In this document: piece after piece, positions 35,246-49,538 of the stretch
Layout of the letters: every line of letters starts with the position of its first letter
How positions within the stretch are numbered: position 1 is the first letter of the stretch
From: Felis catus
Lineage: Eukaryota
Length of the DNA: 64,000 nt
Direction of reading: 5' to 3'
Assembly (NCBI RefSeq): GCF_018350175.1
Contig: NC_058368.1
Coordinates: 167,836,001-167,900,000, forward strand
Made by a program: the position numbers and the translations under genes
The notes under the pieces: generated by a model
The model's database searches: none
What the model saw: only the letters and a program-made list of their open reading frames with translations
What the model was told of the DNA's origin: nothing

Positions 35246-38200
35246 CAAAAGATTCCTAACTGAAAGTATTTCATTTGTTTGATTAAGTGTTTTAAAAATA
35301 TAGATAGAATGCCGAAGTACATTTTGGTCTTTGATGGAGAGGCTAATAAACTATCTTTTGTGTAGAGAAAAAACTAGTTTCTTACTGTAATTGAAAATTT
35401 AAAATATATTATTTGCTTAGACCCAAGCATCCCTTCATTATTTTTGGCACTTCCTAAAATTTATTCCATATGGAATACGGAGGGGGATGTTTGAATTCTA
35501 AATGAAGAGTCTCAACCATTACAAGCTGCATAAAACATAAGTAAAACATTTTTGCCAATTTTTTTTTATTTGTATACCCTATTTTAGATCTGGGAATCTG
35601 ACACTAAAAATGGTCTCAGATTTAATGTTGATTTGTATTCAATGCCAACAATAAAAAGAAAAAAGAAGCCTAGTTAATATGTCTTTGGTGTTTTTATTTT
35701 AGAGAACTGCTATTTCATAAGAGCGGTTTCCCAGATTGTGTAGGGGCTGGGGTAGGGGAATGGTTTATTCTTTATATGTTAAGAAAAATCTCCACCAATA
35801 GTCTGGAAAAATATACAACAGTCTTTTCTGTAAGAACTTATGAAAGTAATGAGATTTTCCCCCCTTAGCTTCTAAGAAATGTACAGTGAGCCACATTGTT
35901 CTTGCGTCATCTAGTCTTGGGACATATAATTTTAGAACCTGAATGTACCTTTTTGCATGTAAAAATAAAAGTAATTTTGGTGCTGATAATAAATCAATAG
36001 CTAAACAGGAGAGCTGTGTTTACTCCAGCCGTGTCTGCTGCCTTGTTCAACGGCTAGAACCAAATACCTTAATCCAAACTTGACTTCCCAAACATTTCAT
36101 CGTTATTGCTAGCTCCTGCTGTCTCCCGCCTGTGTTCAATCAGGCTGACATCTATTGGTTCAGAGACCTTTACACATCTGCCAGCAAAGGATGCTTGGTG
36201 CCAGATCTCCACGCTTACCAATAGGCACCTCTGGATTTCCCACCTCATCGCTTTCCAGGTATTTTCTCTCACTATATAAAGGCTCACTTGATACTTTCTT
36301 TGCTCCAAACAATAGATTTTTCTTCTTGTGATGGGCAGTCTAATGAGAACCTAAACTGGTTGCTTAAATATCTTCTGTGTAGCACAGACCTCACCTAAGC
36401 CCTGCTGGGCAGTGGAGATGGTGTGGTAAACACAAAGTCCAGATCCCAGGTATTATGTCCACATTTAGTCAATAAAGACTAGCTGGTTTGGGACTATAAT
36501 AATCAATCCGTTGTTTTCACAAGGTTTTATAAAATGGAAGACCACCTAAACATGTTTAAGGTCATGCTTTTAAAGTCTAAAACAAAACATACCACAGAGG
36601 TTGGGAAGGCTCTTAGTTGAGGCTGACGTCACCATAAAACCCCACCTTCTCCACATCCCAGGGGAACACAGGGGTGCGTAAGGTTATCTCACTTCCCCCA
36701 ATCTCTTTTCTGACATTGTGATTTTCCTTAAAGCTGCCTCACTTCCTACTTCCCTTTTTAAATGTAGTTTCATGAGATAAAAATGACACCAAGTAAAGAA
36801 GTTTGGGAATGTACAATTCTGACAAGACTGTTCTTTCCTCCAAGAAATTCAGCAGTAAATAGGCATTATGTTTAATCATTTTAAATGAAGTCAAGTCTAA
36901 AATTTGCTATTTTTATTCCAAAGCACAGGCTATACAAACATCTTTCTTCTTTCTTATATTAGGAAATAAACTTCTTAAATAAGCTAACCTATTTCCCGTG
37001 GCTGCTGGGCATAAAATGTGCTATTTAACTGAAGAATATTTTACCTCTTCCCTTTATCTTGTTCATTTCCCACAAAATAATGTACACACTTCACCTTCAG
37101 ACTGAATACGAAAATGTCTTAAAAATATGTGGTTAAAGAAGTTTGTTTTCTGAATCACAAATACTCAGAATGAGAAACTGTTTTGTCAACATGCTAAAAA
37201 TTTAGTCTTTGAGCGTGATCAAAGGTATGCCACTAAGACATAGCAACTTTTGGTCGAAGAATCCTATTTAGGATTTCCTATTCCACAGCCTGTCAGGGCA
37301 TTTCTATCCTTTCCTAAGGGCACTTCAAAGAAACGAGTAAAAGTTTCTTGAATATATATAAACCTTAAATATATTTTACCTTGTTAACTTGCAAATATTA
37401 ATAGATTACCGCCACCACCACTGCCCCTATTACAAGTAGTATCATTACCAGTTGCCGACAGGAACTGTCAGCTCACCAGAAGGGAACAGATACAGGGTGG
37501 GGGAGGGCTTCCTATTTTCCTATTCCAATTTCTAAGATTCCTGGGGGTTTAAAATGTTCTTGTGAGAATGCTAGTAAAACCACAGCTGAAAATCCAGAGA
37601 ATGAGCATTCTATAAAGCCCGATATGAAATAGTATCGGAAGCTTTAGAAAGCTGTGGATTTTTTTTTAAGAAGGTGAAAGATGAAAGGAAAACCTGTACA
37701 AGTGGCTCACCAAGAAACAGATGGTCTTTTTAAAAAATGAACCAAGAGTGTGCCTTCCACAAGCACGCTTCTTAATTGTAGCATACTGAGCACTTCGATG
37801 CAGATTATTTCAATTGCTAAGCACAGAGCCGAATAAACAGGGTTAGCTCATTGACATTAAATGACATAGTGTACTTGAAGCTCATCTACTATTTAGTCTG
37901 TAAACACCTGATATGCAAAACTGTATGAGGAAACTAGTGCCAAGACGGTGGTAAGATCAACCAGTGTTCAGTGAAGACTTAAAAGCTTGGCTTTCGTTTT
38001 GCTAAAGATGCTCTCTTTCATATTTAATCAATGAACTCAGTTCCGTCTTAAGAGCTTGATTTAGAATGTACGATTTTGTTTCATTTCGGCTTATTCCAAA
38101 ACAAGTTAAAGGAAGCTTAGAACTGGGGAGGGGAGGAATAGCTCAAGAACTTATAGGAGTTAAAAAGCAACAAAATTTCACCAGAAAAATTAAAAACAAA

Positions 38201-39469
38201 CAAATAGGTTTAGTGAGTATATCTTCTGCAGGGCAGACTGAGGAACACAGATACAAGAATGATGACCCTCAGCCAAGGTCTTGTGTCTTTCTCACTTTGG
38301 TTTGCCAGCTTTGTGTCCCCTCATTGCTTCCTGTAGAAGCCTTTCAGCCAGGGGAGAAGCGCAACCACTGATGCTTAGGAAAGCAAGCTGTTCCTTGGCT
38401 CCCTGGTGGGAGAGGAGTCAGAGCAAGGGGGGCCTCCTCCGAAGGAGAGGCAGATCTCCCTTGCCAGGCTGAGGAGAGCACAAAAGGGGGCAAAGCCGGA
38501 AGTGACTGAGAACAGCACACAACTGCTCTCCAGCTTCCTTAGAGAGCTGTAACACAGCCACGGACACCTTTTTGGAGCTGGCTGGGAACTCTGGGCACCT
38601 TTGGGAGAGTTGCTGAGATTTTAATACCTGTTATGCAATGCACAGAGATTTTCTTCAAGAAATCTTGCTCAATATATTCTCATTTATTTGGGTATTAAGT
38701 TTCCAAAGTGAACTTTTTAATGGACTCTCAAGTTTACTATTGCTTTTACTCATCACAGTGGCCAAACACGTTCTGAATACTAAAATTTGGAACAAGGATA
38801 CGAGTAAGTTTGTAGCCACATACCTATACTGCTGGCCTATACACACATAAAAGACCATACATTGAAATATCTATATGAATCTATATTTAATATCTCTATA
38901 CGTTTATTTGTAACAGTTTCATTACTGACATGTATCTCTGCAAATTATATAGATAAAATCCTGGTGCTCCACTGAGTCATGGAAGGCAAGTGCTTTCAAT
39001 AGACTTTAAGCTCCTCAAAGGCAAGGAATGTGTCATATTCCTTTGTTGATTTAACAGCATTTTGCCTTGCTGAATGATTAACTCTATCAACCAATCTTTG
39101 CTCAGCCCTCCTCTGGATTTTGTGTCTTGATCCAGGGAAGTCATGCATAAGCTCTTGTTTTAGTTCCACTTATATTTCAAACTTGACCCTCTCTTTGCTT
39201 GCCTTACTCATGGATGTACTGGGGGAGGGGCTGTGTTAGAGGGGTGGTATTTGTTAACTTAATTTTCAAGTAGCATCTCTATTTTATGTTACCCCCTAGT
39301 GAAACTTTGTTGACTTTGCAACAAATACTTCTTGTATCACTTTAGTCTTCTTAAAGACAAAGAAACAGGTTTTCACAGTCAGTAAGAAGAAAAAATATAT
39401 AGGGTCCTGAAAAGAGGGAGATGGGATTTCTTGTTTTGGCTATTACCTTAGCAAGTAATTGGGATTATA

Positions 39470-39867
39470 AGACTGGCAGTCTTGACTCCTCTCTTGGTCT
39501 CACAGCCTTAATTGATCCAGTAGCAAGTGCTGTTGGCTCTGCCTTCCAATGATCCAGAATCCAACGGGTTCTCCCCACCTCTGGTACTACCCTGGGTCCA
39601 AGGCAATTTCCTCTCTTGCCTCGATTACCAGTGATTGTGACAGCCTCCTGACCCATCCCTCTTCATCTGCCTTTGTCTCCCTAGGATCTATTCTTATGAA
39701 TGGCCAAAGGAATTCTTTCAAAGTGAATCAGCTCAGGGTGCCTGGATGGCTCCCACTCTTGATCTGGCTCAGGTGATGATCTCATGGTTCAGTTCGTGAA
39801 TTCAAGCCCCGCACTGGGCTCTGCACTGGCAGCAGGGAGCCTGCTTGGGATTCAACCTCCCCCTCTC

Positions 39868-39918
<51 letters not shown>

Positions 39919-40530
39919 AAATAAATAAATAAAACCTTAAAAAAATGAAGTGAATCAGCTCAAGTCCCTCCTCTGTACATCAGCCAGCTGTAAGGGCTCT
40001 TACCTCACTCAGAGTATTGCCATAAAGGCTTTATATGCTCTGGCCTCCTTTACCTCCTGGTCTTCATCTCTTTACTGCTCCCCGTCTTGCTCACTCCACT
40101 CCAGCCACACCACCCTCATCACTGTTCTACCAACAAATGAACCATCCTCCCAACTTGGTGGCCTTTGCACCTACTGTTCCCTTTACCCGGATATGCTCAA
40201 TCCTCCCTCCCCCCAAAACCTCATGGGCTCCACTCTCACTTCTTTCAGATCTTTCTTTTACAGTTTCCTTTTCAGTGAGGCCTTCCTTCACTCCTTTTGT
40301 TAAAATGACACTTCTTCCCACGCTCTCCTATCCCCCTTGATCTGCTTTATCTGTCTCCGTATCACTTAGCAGCTGATTCTATTGATTTAGTTACATTAGA
40401 ATGTAACCTCCTCCACTCCGAAGAGGGCAAGGATTTTTGCCTGTTTTCTTCACTGCTTTGCTTACAGTTGCCCTAGGACAAACCTGGGGTACAGTGCTCA
40501 ATAAATACTCAAAGAATAAGTGAATGATGG
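39470..40530 (+). mobile_element. L2 LINE 3' region, interrupted by a SINE at 39735-39945
   Basis: ttggctctgccttccaa...cactccactccagccacac...agaatgtaa...gagggcaagga...gtgctcaataaatact. Confidence 0.85.
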
Positions 40531-41499
40531 CTAAAGAGTGCAACCAAGCAACTTTTTAAGATCCAGTTTTACACTACAAGTTGCAAAATGCATATTCAAA
40601 AACTTAAACAAAAAAAGCAAAGTTATTTAGTGTCCTGACTCTTCAGCCATTAGATATTTTTAAATGACATGCTGTTCTGTTCGACAAATCTGCAATTTGA
40701 GAGCTGAAGTGACTGGGCCTGCCACATTCACGTCTAAAGTGTGTATATGAATCTTAACATATGGTTCACAAGTCTTAGCACCACTGACTTTGTCACTTAA
40801 TCAGCACAATTCTGGTGGCCAGAAAGAGTTAATATAATGTTTAGGCATATATGAAGTACTACAAAGGATTAGAACAACCTGGCTCAGTATGAATCTGGGA
40901 AAAATTTTTAGATGGTCCACTTTAAGGACAATGGCATCCACATCCCAAATCCTGAAGTGAACTTTTGAGAAAATTGAATGACTTCTGTATAGCACCTTTT
41001 ATAAATCTAGCAGAAACCAAATTTACATCAATGCCAAAGGCAGAGTGAATCTTTCTCCAGGAAGTGCCTAATCCTGCAATAAACCTGTTGAAGAGACAGG
41101 TTTAATGTTCGGCAAGGCTAAGTGTTTAAGAGGTCCCCGTGGTATAATTTATCACCACTACAAGTTTCTCCTTTCCTTTAAAAGCCATGAAAATTGCCCC
41201 ACAATCCCACTAGGAACTAAGTTTCTTATGTCAGGACCATGGTTTACAATTCGTTTCTATTTTCATAGCACTTCTTTGTTTATTCCTTGTTGAAAAAAAA
41301 ATACATGCTATTATATATACTACAGAGCCACAGGATATAGTCACATGAAAATTCAGAGGATAAAATATTTAAAAACGAACACTGCAATAAACTGAGTAAA
41401 AACAGCATTATATTGTTTATTTGACAATGCACAACAAGCTGAATAGGAGGTTTCAAATGTAAATGGGAATGAAGGAGGTGGTCACTGAATTTTTATTTC

Positions 41500-41950
41500 C
41501 AGCCTAGTCATAAAATTAATTATTCACATACTCTTAGCACAGTGACTATATTAGCGTCCATGAGGTTTATTCAGGAATTCTGTAAAGCTGAACATCCCTG
41601 AATTCTTTTCATCATACTAGTTGTAAAAGAAAATGTGTGCTAAATTTACCAAGAGCAATAGTGTTCAAAATTAGTGTTTCAGAAATGTAAAGAGAACTTT
41701 TTTTGTATTTACATGCCAAACACATAAAAAGAATAAATAAAGACACAGTTGGCAAAGACTTATTTTCCTTTTATTCTGCTTTAAAAACAAACCAATTTAA
41801 AAAATTATGCAAGTCTATAGGCGCACACATATTTATTTGATGTCAGGGTCCATTTTCAGGGACACGCCCGTTTATAACAATACTGTTTATTAATAAACAG
41901 TCACAAGAGGACTGGTAGGGCATGAGGAATTTTTTGTCATAAATGATAAA
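41500..41950. promoter_or_regulatory. Putative enhancer-like motif cluster
   Basis: GTCATAAA twice (41507, 41936), GACACGCCC (41861) and a 20-bp palindrome with two forkhead cores (41882-41901) in repeat-free sequence. Motif evidence only. Confidence 0.3.
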
Positions 41951-42428
41951 CTTGAACTTCTCAGATTTCGGTTCAGAATATCCTTTGGTAGGGTTTTATG
42001 TAAAGTTTTAGGAGGGGTTCGGTGCTAGTCTTTGAAAATTCTGAGTATGTAACCCTGCCTTTTGACTAACGTTTCTGATTTTGGCCTAGAAGTGCTTGCT
42101 TTCCAAATGAAACTTGCTTCATACCTCCCTTGCCTCCATTGTATGGACCATATAGGATGCAGAGAGCAGTAGCTGGGCATGTATATTCCAAAGTTCATAT
42201 ACATTCCCATATTATGCCACTATTTTCACATAAAGTATTAAGATATCAACAACACGAAACTTGGCATCGATCAGCTCTTCTAATGAATTTTTCTTAGCAG
42301 AAAGCAATGCAACTGAGAAGCAGTGTGGCAAAGGGCAAGGCATAGCAGGTAGCACGGCATGAAGGAAAGGGCTGGTCATAGAAGAGAATGGAGAAAATGG
42401 AGGCAGCACGCCAAAATTTTCATGCTTC

Positions 42429-42657
42429 TTTTTTTTTTAATTTTTTTTTTAACATTTATTTATTTTTGAGACAGAGAGAGAGAGAGAGAGCATGAACAGG
42501 GGAGGGTCAGAGGAAGAGGGAGACACAGAATCTGAAACAGGCTCCAGGCTCGGAGCTGTCAGCACAGAGCCCGACGCGGGGCTCGAACCCACAGACCGAG
42601 ACATCATGACCTGAGCCGAAGTCAGACGCTTAACTGACTGAGCCACCCAGGTGCCCC
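42429..42657 (-). mobile_element. Can-SINE
   Basis: TSD aaaattttcatgcttctt. Confidence 0.95.
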
Positions 42658-45124
42658 AAAATTTTCATGCTTCTTATACAAAACACAACACATAGAACTT
42701 GAGGAGTTAAATCTAAGCTGGCTGTCATTATGGATAATGAAAACTTGGAAGGGGCTGTGGGAGCAGCCAGGGTGAACAGACCAACACTCAGGCATCCCTG
42801 GTGAGGGGTTAAGGTGTATGGGGCAGTCTCCTGTGACCCAGGAAGGGGGCCCAGGATGCACACTGCATCACACCCATGCTCTTGGCCAGGAAGCTGGGTG
42901 ACTGAGAGGTAAGATCAGCAGAGAAGCATCTGCTAATAGAAATCAAGCATGGGTCAGAGATTTGTGCAGGGACAGTCACAACCTGGGATGGGAGAGGGAG
43001 ACACTCCCTCCTCAATCTATACATAAAGGAGATCTCTTCTCTTTTATTGTGCTTGAGCCTCTATTGAAGGCCTCTATTGAAGCCTGAAATTGAAGAAGAC
43101 TTGATTTCTCTCTCCTCTGCTGTCACTGCTACTCCTCCCTCTACCTCTTGCTTTCCAGTGAAGATATAGTTCACACAACTCAAACCTGATTTGGCTTGGA
43201 TTTACTAAGTCCTGATTCAATTCAATTTTAATATCTACAGAGCACCTGCTGAATACAAAGCTCATATTTCCCGTGACCACATGGGCAGATGGTACTGCTG
43301 GGAAACAGAAGAGTGAAAGATGGATCCTAAAGTCCTTGGCAGAGACCTGGGTATCACCAGGCAGATTCTGAGCAAGAATGCCTGCCACTGGCTTCCCTAC
43401 ACAGCTACCAAGGGATGGCAGGAAAGCTAGAGAGAGGCCCTTAAGACTTTCTTTCCCTTAGTGTATGGAACATTTTATTTCCAAAATGGATTGAGGTCAG
43501 ACAGAAATACCACAAGGCATGCTGAATCTCTGAATGTGAAAGGTTTGCAGTGTGTGCTGTGGGCACTGGAGTCACTAATATGTATGAAAGTCCATGGGAC
43601 TCTTTCACCATGTAATACATTACAACGTCTGAAAAATCAATGTCCTAGGGCACAGAGAGATGAATACAGAGCTTTTCAATTATCTTTTTTTTTCCCTAAA
43701 AATATTTCTCTCCTCAAACAGATTCAAAGGCAATATGATATTGTTTTCATTTTTGTTAAGAAGATGTTGAGTCTATGCAAGGATCTCACCCGGTTCAATC
43801 CCACTGGGTAATGGCCCACTGGGCAGAAGACTGTATAGACCCTGAAAACACAGTAGGTTAATAAAACTCTCCCCGAGAGCTCAATGAATGAGGATGAGAT
43901 ATCTTCAGCAATTGACTTGTCTGTTTAACAGTCTGGCTGCACCCAATTTCTTTCAGATTGACATTGTCTTTTCCTTTCTTTTCTTTTTTTTCTTTTAAGC
44001 CAATGTCTTCTGTCAGTAAGTACACGGATCACGGTATTGTTTTAAAATAAAAATTTCCTGTCACACTCACATCTGGGGAAATATAACAGAAGCAATCCAA
44101 AAATCCTTGCTTTTTCATATTTCAGTCAAATAAGAAACCAGAGTTAGTTTAATACAACAGCAGAAACCTAACTTTCAATCTCAATTGCCCAAAAGGCACA
44201 GGGTCACCTGGTACCTTTGAAGAAAAACAGGCCTGCACATAAATGATGTGATCCCAAGAGTAAACTTGAACACTTCCAAACTTCTTGGGAGGGCAGAAGG
44301 GAGTATTTTAGTGGGATTCATTCTGTGTTTTGGAATAGGTATATTCTACCTATACCTAAAGCACTCTCTACTAGTGTTAACAAGGTGTGAAAAGAAGGCT
44401 TGCTGGCCTTGTTACAGTGGCAAAGCCCTTTCTCCAAACCAAATTTTACACAAAAGGCCAATAAATAATAAAACCAAAAGCAAAGTGTCTCTGTAGCAAT
44501 GGGTACGCAAGTGTGTTGGGGGCCAGAGAAGGAAGAGACGATGAAGGCTGGAGTCTAAATAGTGCTAGTCCATAGGAGGTCCTTGATAAATATTTGTTAA
44601 AAGAATAAATGGCTTATCTTTTCAGGAAAGGAAAGACTGGATTGCTCTAAAGTCCCATAGTGTGTTTACCTCAAATAGACTCAGCCCGTCCATTCCTCTG
44701 GTGGCCTATTATGGCATTTTCCTCTATTCCTGGTCTCAGTAAGAAGGCCCCTATAACCAGGGGATGCCTCAGGTGCCTGAGCCCTGAGAAGGTGGGGATT
44801 TACTGAGCCTTTGATCCCTCCTGTTTCTTTGCTGATTCACATTGTCTTAAGTCCCTGGTACTTTCCAAATACAGTTCCACAGCTGCCTGGCACACTGACC
44901 TTCTGGCCACCCAATCCCTGCATCTACTGTTCCCTTGTCAGCAAATCTGTGCTCAACAGCTCAAGATTCTACTGAGAGGCTGCCTCTGTGTCAGATTTTA
45001 CATTATTGCTGCAGTGAAATTAAATGCAATTTTTTAAGCTACAAAGAGTTAAGATTCTTCCCTAAAACACTAGGGTACTTGATATGCTACATTTATTTTC
45101 AAGGACACAGGATTCTTAATATCC

Positions 45125-45440
45125 ACTCTTTCATTGATTCATTCAACAAAAATTTATTGAGTGCCTACTCTATGGGAAGCACTGCCCTTGACATTGGGAT
45201 ATCACAATGAATAAGACTGATAAATTCTCTTCCTCCATGGCAGTAACATTCCAGTGTGAGAAGTCAAACATATAAACAAATAAAGGAACATGAAAAAGTA
45301 AAGAAAGAACACAAGATAGTGATGAGTGTGCTGAAGAAAATTAAATAGTGAGGGGATGGAGGTGAGGGGCCAGGATGAGGGACCATTTTAAATGGAATAA
45401 CCAGGGAAGTTCTACCTGAGGAGGTAACATCTGAGCTCAG
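45125..45440 (-). mobile_element. L2 3' end
   Basis: ttcattcaacaaaaatttattgagtgcctactctatg...ctgaggaggtaacatctgagct. Confidence 0.8.
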
Positions 45441-46629
45441 TGAGACTTGACTTTTGAGAGCATGTTCCTTTGAGATGTCAGTTTATAACTTTCACCAGGA
45501 AATGCCAAAAATATGAAAGAAGTACATATAATTTTGTCTGCATTTATGTGGTTTAGGTTCCACTAAAAGCTGAGCTTCATGGCAAGGAGCCACATACATT
45601 TCTAGTTGGGTATGAGGAGTCTTATTAGACAAATATTTATTTCATGAAACTGGGTAAAATGCTCCAGATGGTATCTAGGCATTTGCATTGAGCTTCATGT
45701 CAAATTAATAATCATTAATTAAGGTTTAGATTACTCAGAATAACCTGGATTGAACAAAGATAAATAAGTCGTCAGGCCAGTCCTTACTCCCTGTAAAACC
45801 TTCAAGCAGACAAAGTTTGGCCTTGAGGCTGCTCTATTCTCCTTCTAGCATTCTCTTTTTATCATATTCACCACCAATGTACCCAGAGTCTTCATACTTT
45901 ACAGTTTAGCAATTCTGGCCTTAACCAAGTAATTGAAAGGATCTGCCCTAAAAAGAGTCTGAAGAACCCTCCTTTTAACCTAAAAGCAATTTCACCCGAT
46001 GATCTGTTTTAAATTGGGTAAACCATCCATCACAAAGTTCTTGAGACCAATTTAAGAATTCAACAAAATTTCTTGTGCCTAATAACACCCTTGCTCTGCT
46101 GCAGAGGAAAGCTACAAAGATAATATGTGAAATAGAGCGATTCTGAAATCTTTGCATTTTCTGATTTGTGTTATGGTATAATACAATGGAAGAATTGCTT
46201 CTGACCCTGTCAAGTGGAACCTCAAGGACAAAGATTTTATCGTTTCTTTTCCTGGAAAATTGATGTAAAGATTCAATTTACTTTGGAGTGTCCAAGTGAT
46301 TCAGCAACTAAGAAAAAAAAAAGATTGATTTTTTTTTCATATAGATGTTAGGTAATTAAGTTCTAATTTGATAAAAGACCTGATCAAAACATGGTGACCA
46401 TTCTGAAACGTTCCTCGGTGCCAAACAATTACTTGTGATGCTTTTAGAAAGAAAAATGCTCAAGTACATTTCCTTTATGTAAGTCAGGTGTTGTGTTTCC
46501 ATACTAATGCTCCCACCCTTATTTTGAAAAAGGAATTATAAATCTAGTGTTTGTACCCGCCTCTCATGTTTCTACGTATTTTGAGCTCGCCACATATAGT
46601 CTTATATTGTGGTTTTTGGGTGAAGAGCT

Positions 46630-47103
46630 ATGTAGCAAATGCTATTGGTGCCCTCCCAGATCCCTTCAAAATCATAGTTTCTGAAAAGTCCAAGGGCTTC
46701 CTGTTGCAAGCACCTGTGATTGCTGAGAGCATCTCTGGCCCCAGAGCATGCCTGGACTGCACATGGTGCTGGATGGAAATGCTATGGAATTAACTCCCCA
46801 GCAACAGCCCTTGGCCAATGACAAAAAGGCAAGGGTTGAAAAATACCCCAGTTTGTTTTCCCCTTGGGGAGACAACTCAGAGGCATTCCCTATGTCATCT
46901 TCCAGAGACCCCCCCCAAGTGGGACAGAGTCCCAGCTGCCTACTGCTGTGATGTGTTCATTAATGTATCCTCTAATGGCATTCCCTTCCTGCCCCGTTTT
47001 CCATCTCTACTCCCTTACCAGTGCTTCTTGGGATAGCCTCCGAAATAAGCTACTTGCATTCAAATCCTTGCCTCAGAGTCTCTCGAGAATTACAACCTAA
47101 AGT
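46630..47103 (+). mobile_element. ERVL (LTR16-like) solo LTR
   Basis: tgtagcaaatgctattggtgccc start; aataagctacttgcattcaaatccttgcctcagagtct end. Confidence 0.7.
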
Positions 47104-47448
47104 AATCTACATCTTAAATATGCAAACAGACTATTAATGCTAAAGAATAGGCCCAAAACAGACCTTTTTTTGTGCGTTTCTTAAAACAATGTAGTACTTT
47201 GTACATAATATGTGTCATACATAATGATGAAGAAAGCATCTAACAACAACTGAACACATCTATGTCATGCACTGTATCAAACTTTATATCCTATTGACTT
47301 TCTCAACAGCCTTGTGAGGTGGATACTATTGAAGGAATAGACTATCTGGTTCACTGTTGAGCCTTAGCTCTTTGCATTCATTAAATACCTGTTGCCTAAA
47401 TCCCATTTTACAGATGATGTAACAGTGACTTAGAAAAGTAAGTTACTT

Positions 47449-47702
47449 GGGGTGCTTGGGTGGCTCAGTCAATTAAGCACCTGACTCTTAGCCTTGGCTC
47501 AGGTCACGATCTCACAGTTTGTGAGTTCAAACTCATATTGGACTCCATGCTGACCGTGTGGAGCCTGTTTGGGACTCTCTGTCTCCTTTCTCTGTCCCCA
47601 ACCCCTCTCTCAAAACAAAGAAAAGAAAAGAAAAGAGAAAAGAAAAGAAAAGAAAAGAAAAGAAAAGAAAAGAAAAGAAACGAAAAGAGAAAAGAAAAGA
47701 AA
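47449..47702 (+). mobile_element. Can-SINE with (GAAAA)n tail, inserted in a MIR
   Basis: Flanks aagtaagttactt / aggtaagtaactt; MIR sequence on both sides. Confidence 0.9.
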
Positions 47703-49500
47703 GGTAAGTAACTTGCCGATGGTTCTGTAGCTGTAAACTGCAGAGATGATTCCAGAGTTCAAGCCCTTAATGCCACGCTATCCTAGAGGATGGCCTAGAT
47801 GAGGAAGAGGACTAAGGAGTCCAGTTAATAAATATTTATTTGCTCTAGGCTTGCAGAGAGATTAAGTTATATGTGGGGTTGCTAACATCGTTGTCACACA
47901 CATAAAATCTGCATTTCTTGTATCTTCATTTATTGATTATAGTGGTCATAATCTTTCTGGCTGCCTGTATCCTTCCCTACTCTTTCTCCTGGTGTCTTCT
48001 GAATAAGCAAATTCATGCGTCTGTCCTTTTATATGTATGGTAAGAGTATTGCAACATTCAATTTGGTGATTAACGTGTGTCACAATCCCTTGACCAATAG
48101 CCATTTCTCAGGTCAAAAGTTAGAAAGGCAAAATAACTAGCCTGCCTATGCTAGGTGAAGAAGTGAGTGGCTCCCTTTTATCATCATCATCATCATTATC
48201 ATGAAAAAAAAAAGAAACTAATATGGAGGGAAGCGGGTAGAGGTGATATTAGTGGCAATATTTATTTTCTGCCTCAAAATAAATTAGGAACATTTAGTAC
48301 GTCAAGAAAAAAAATTCTTTTCAGTTGCTAATGCATATTTTTGAGCTATCTATACCTTTCTTTAATAAGTGAATGATGTTGCTAGCCCATCAACTGGAAA
48401 CCTATTTGTTTTTGGACTCTTGACTTGAATTTTGTTTGAAAACACAGCACAATAAAATTGCTAATTAAACATGTAAAGACAACAAAACAATTTAAATGAT
48501 GTATCTAAAAACAATTATAAATTGCACAGGTGAATGAGCAATTAAAAAAATAAGCTAAACTTAAAGTGATCTATAGAACAGGTCTTAGTGGTTATTAAAA
48601 TAATGCCCCTAAAGTCCTATGACTTTTAATAAAAACACTCCCTAGAAAAATAAATGCTAAATCAATTTCTCTTCAAATATTTAAAATGTTAAAGGTTAAT
48701 CTATTTGGGTGAACTAGCCATGACAAACTGACATGCTGTAAATAATAAACGACCTCTAATAATAAGAACTGTAACTACATTACATAATAGCAATATTTAA
48801 ATTATGGCTCAGAGCCACAATGCATGCTCTAGGCAATTCGCTACAGGAGGAAGAAGTGCAATGGTAACTCGTACTATCGACTTCCGTTACCCAAGATTTT
48901 GTAGAGGAGCACGTGAGTGAGAGTCTTTGGAAAGCTTTTAAAGTCTGTTTCTTGAGCATCCCATCTGTCCAATAGCTAAGAACAATCGCTTCCTTTTATA
49001 TAAAAGATTATGAACCAAATGTGGAAACCAAAACATACAGAAAAGAATTTCTCCAGTTAATAAGTTCTCATAAGACTTTAACTGTAAACACACAATGATT
49101 CTCTAGTAAATAAAACTCGATATAAAAGAGCATTTTATCTATCACAAGGTTATATTTTTCACTAACATAGTAATTTTCTTCTGAAGAAAAGGTTCTTTAA
49201 CTTTACATAAGCGTTCTTTATAAGGGACCAAAACTTACAATAAAAAAAAATTATAAGAAATTAACACCCAACATACGCCACCTTTTCTCTTGAAACTTAC
49301 TGATTGGTATTCTACACGTCTTCCAAGAAGTTAAGGAGCAAGAATGAAGGAGGTGGCACGCTGCTTTTTTTCATATCATGTTAGCAATTACTCTTTTAAA
49401 TTCACCTGTTCTTATAACTGACCTCATTTGGCACTTAGATATCAAGTATCCAAATATTTTAAGGATGGCAAACAATATTATAAAATGACTAATTTCTTAC

Positions 49501-49538
49501 CATTCATCCTCAGAGCCTTTAAACACATTAAGGTTACC
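49501..49538 (-). other. Candidate 38-nt minus-strand exon
   Basis: aatttcttttcccag acceptor and ATG|gtaaga donor; no partner exon identified. Confidence 0.2.

Noticed and set aside
36069..36308. 79-aa minus-strand ORF or exon
   Set aside because: Non-ATG start, weak acceptor, no recognisable protein.
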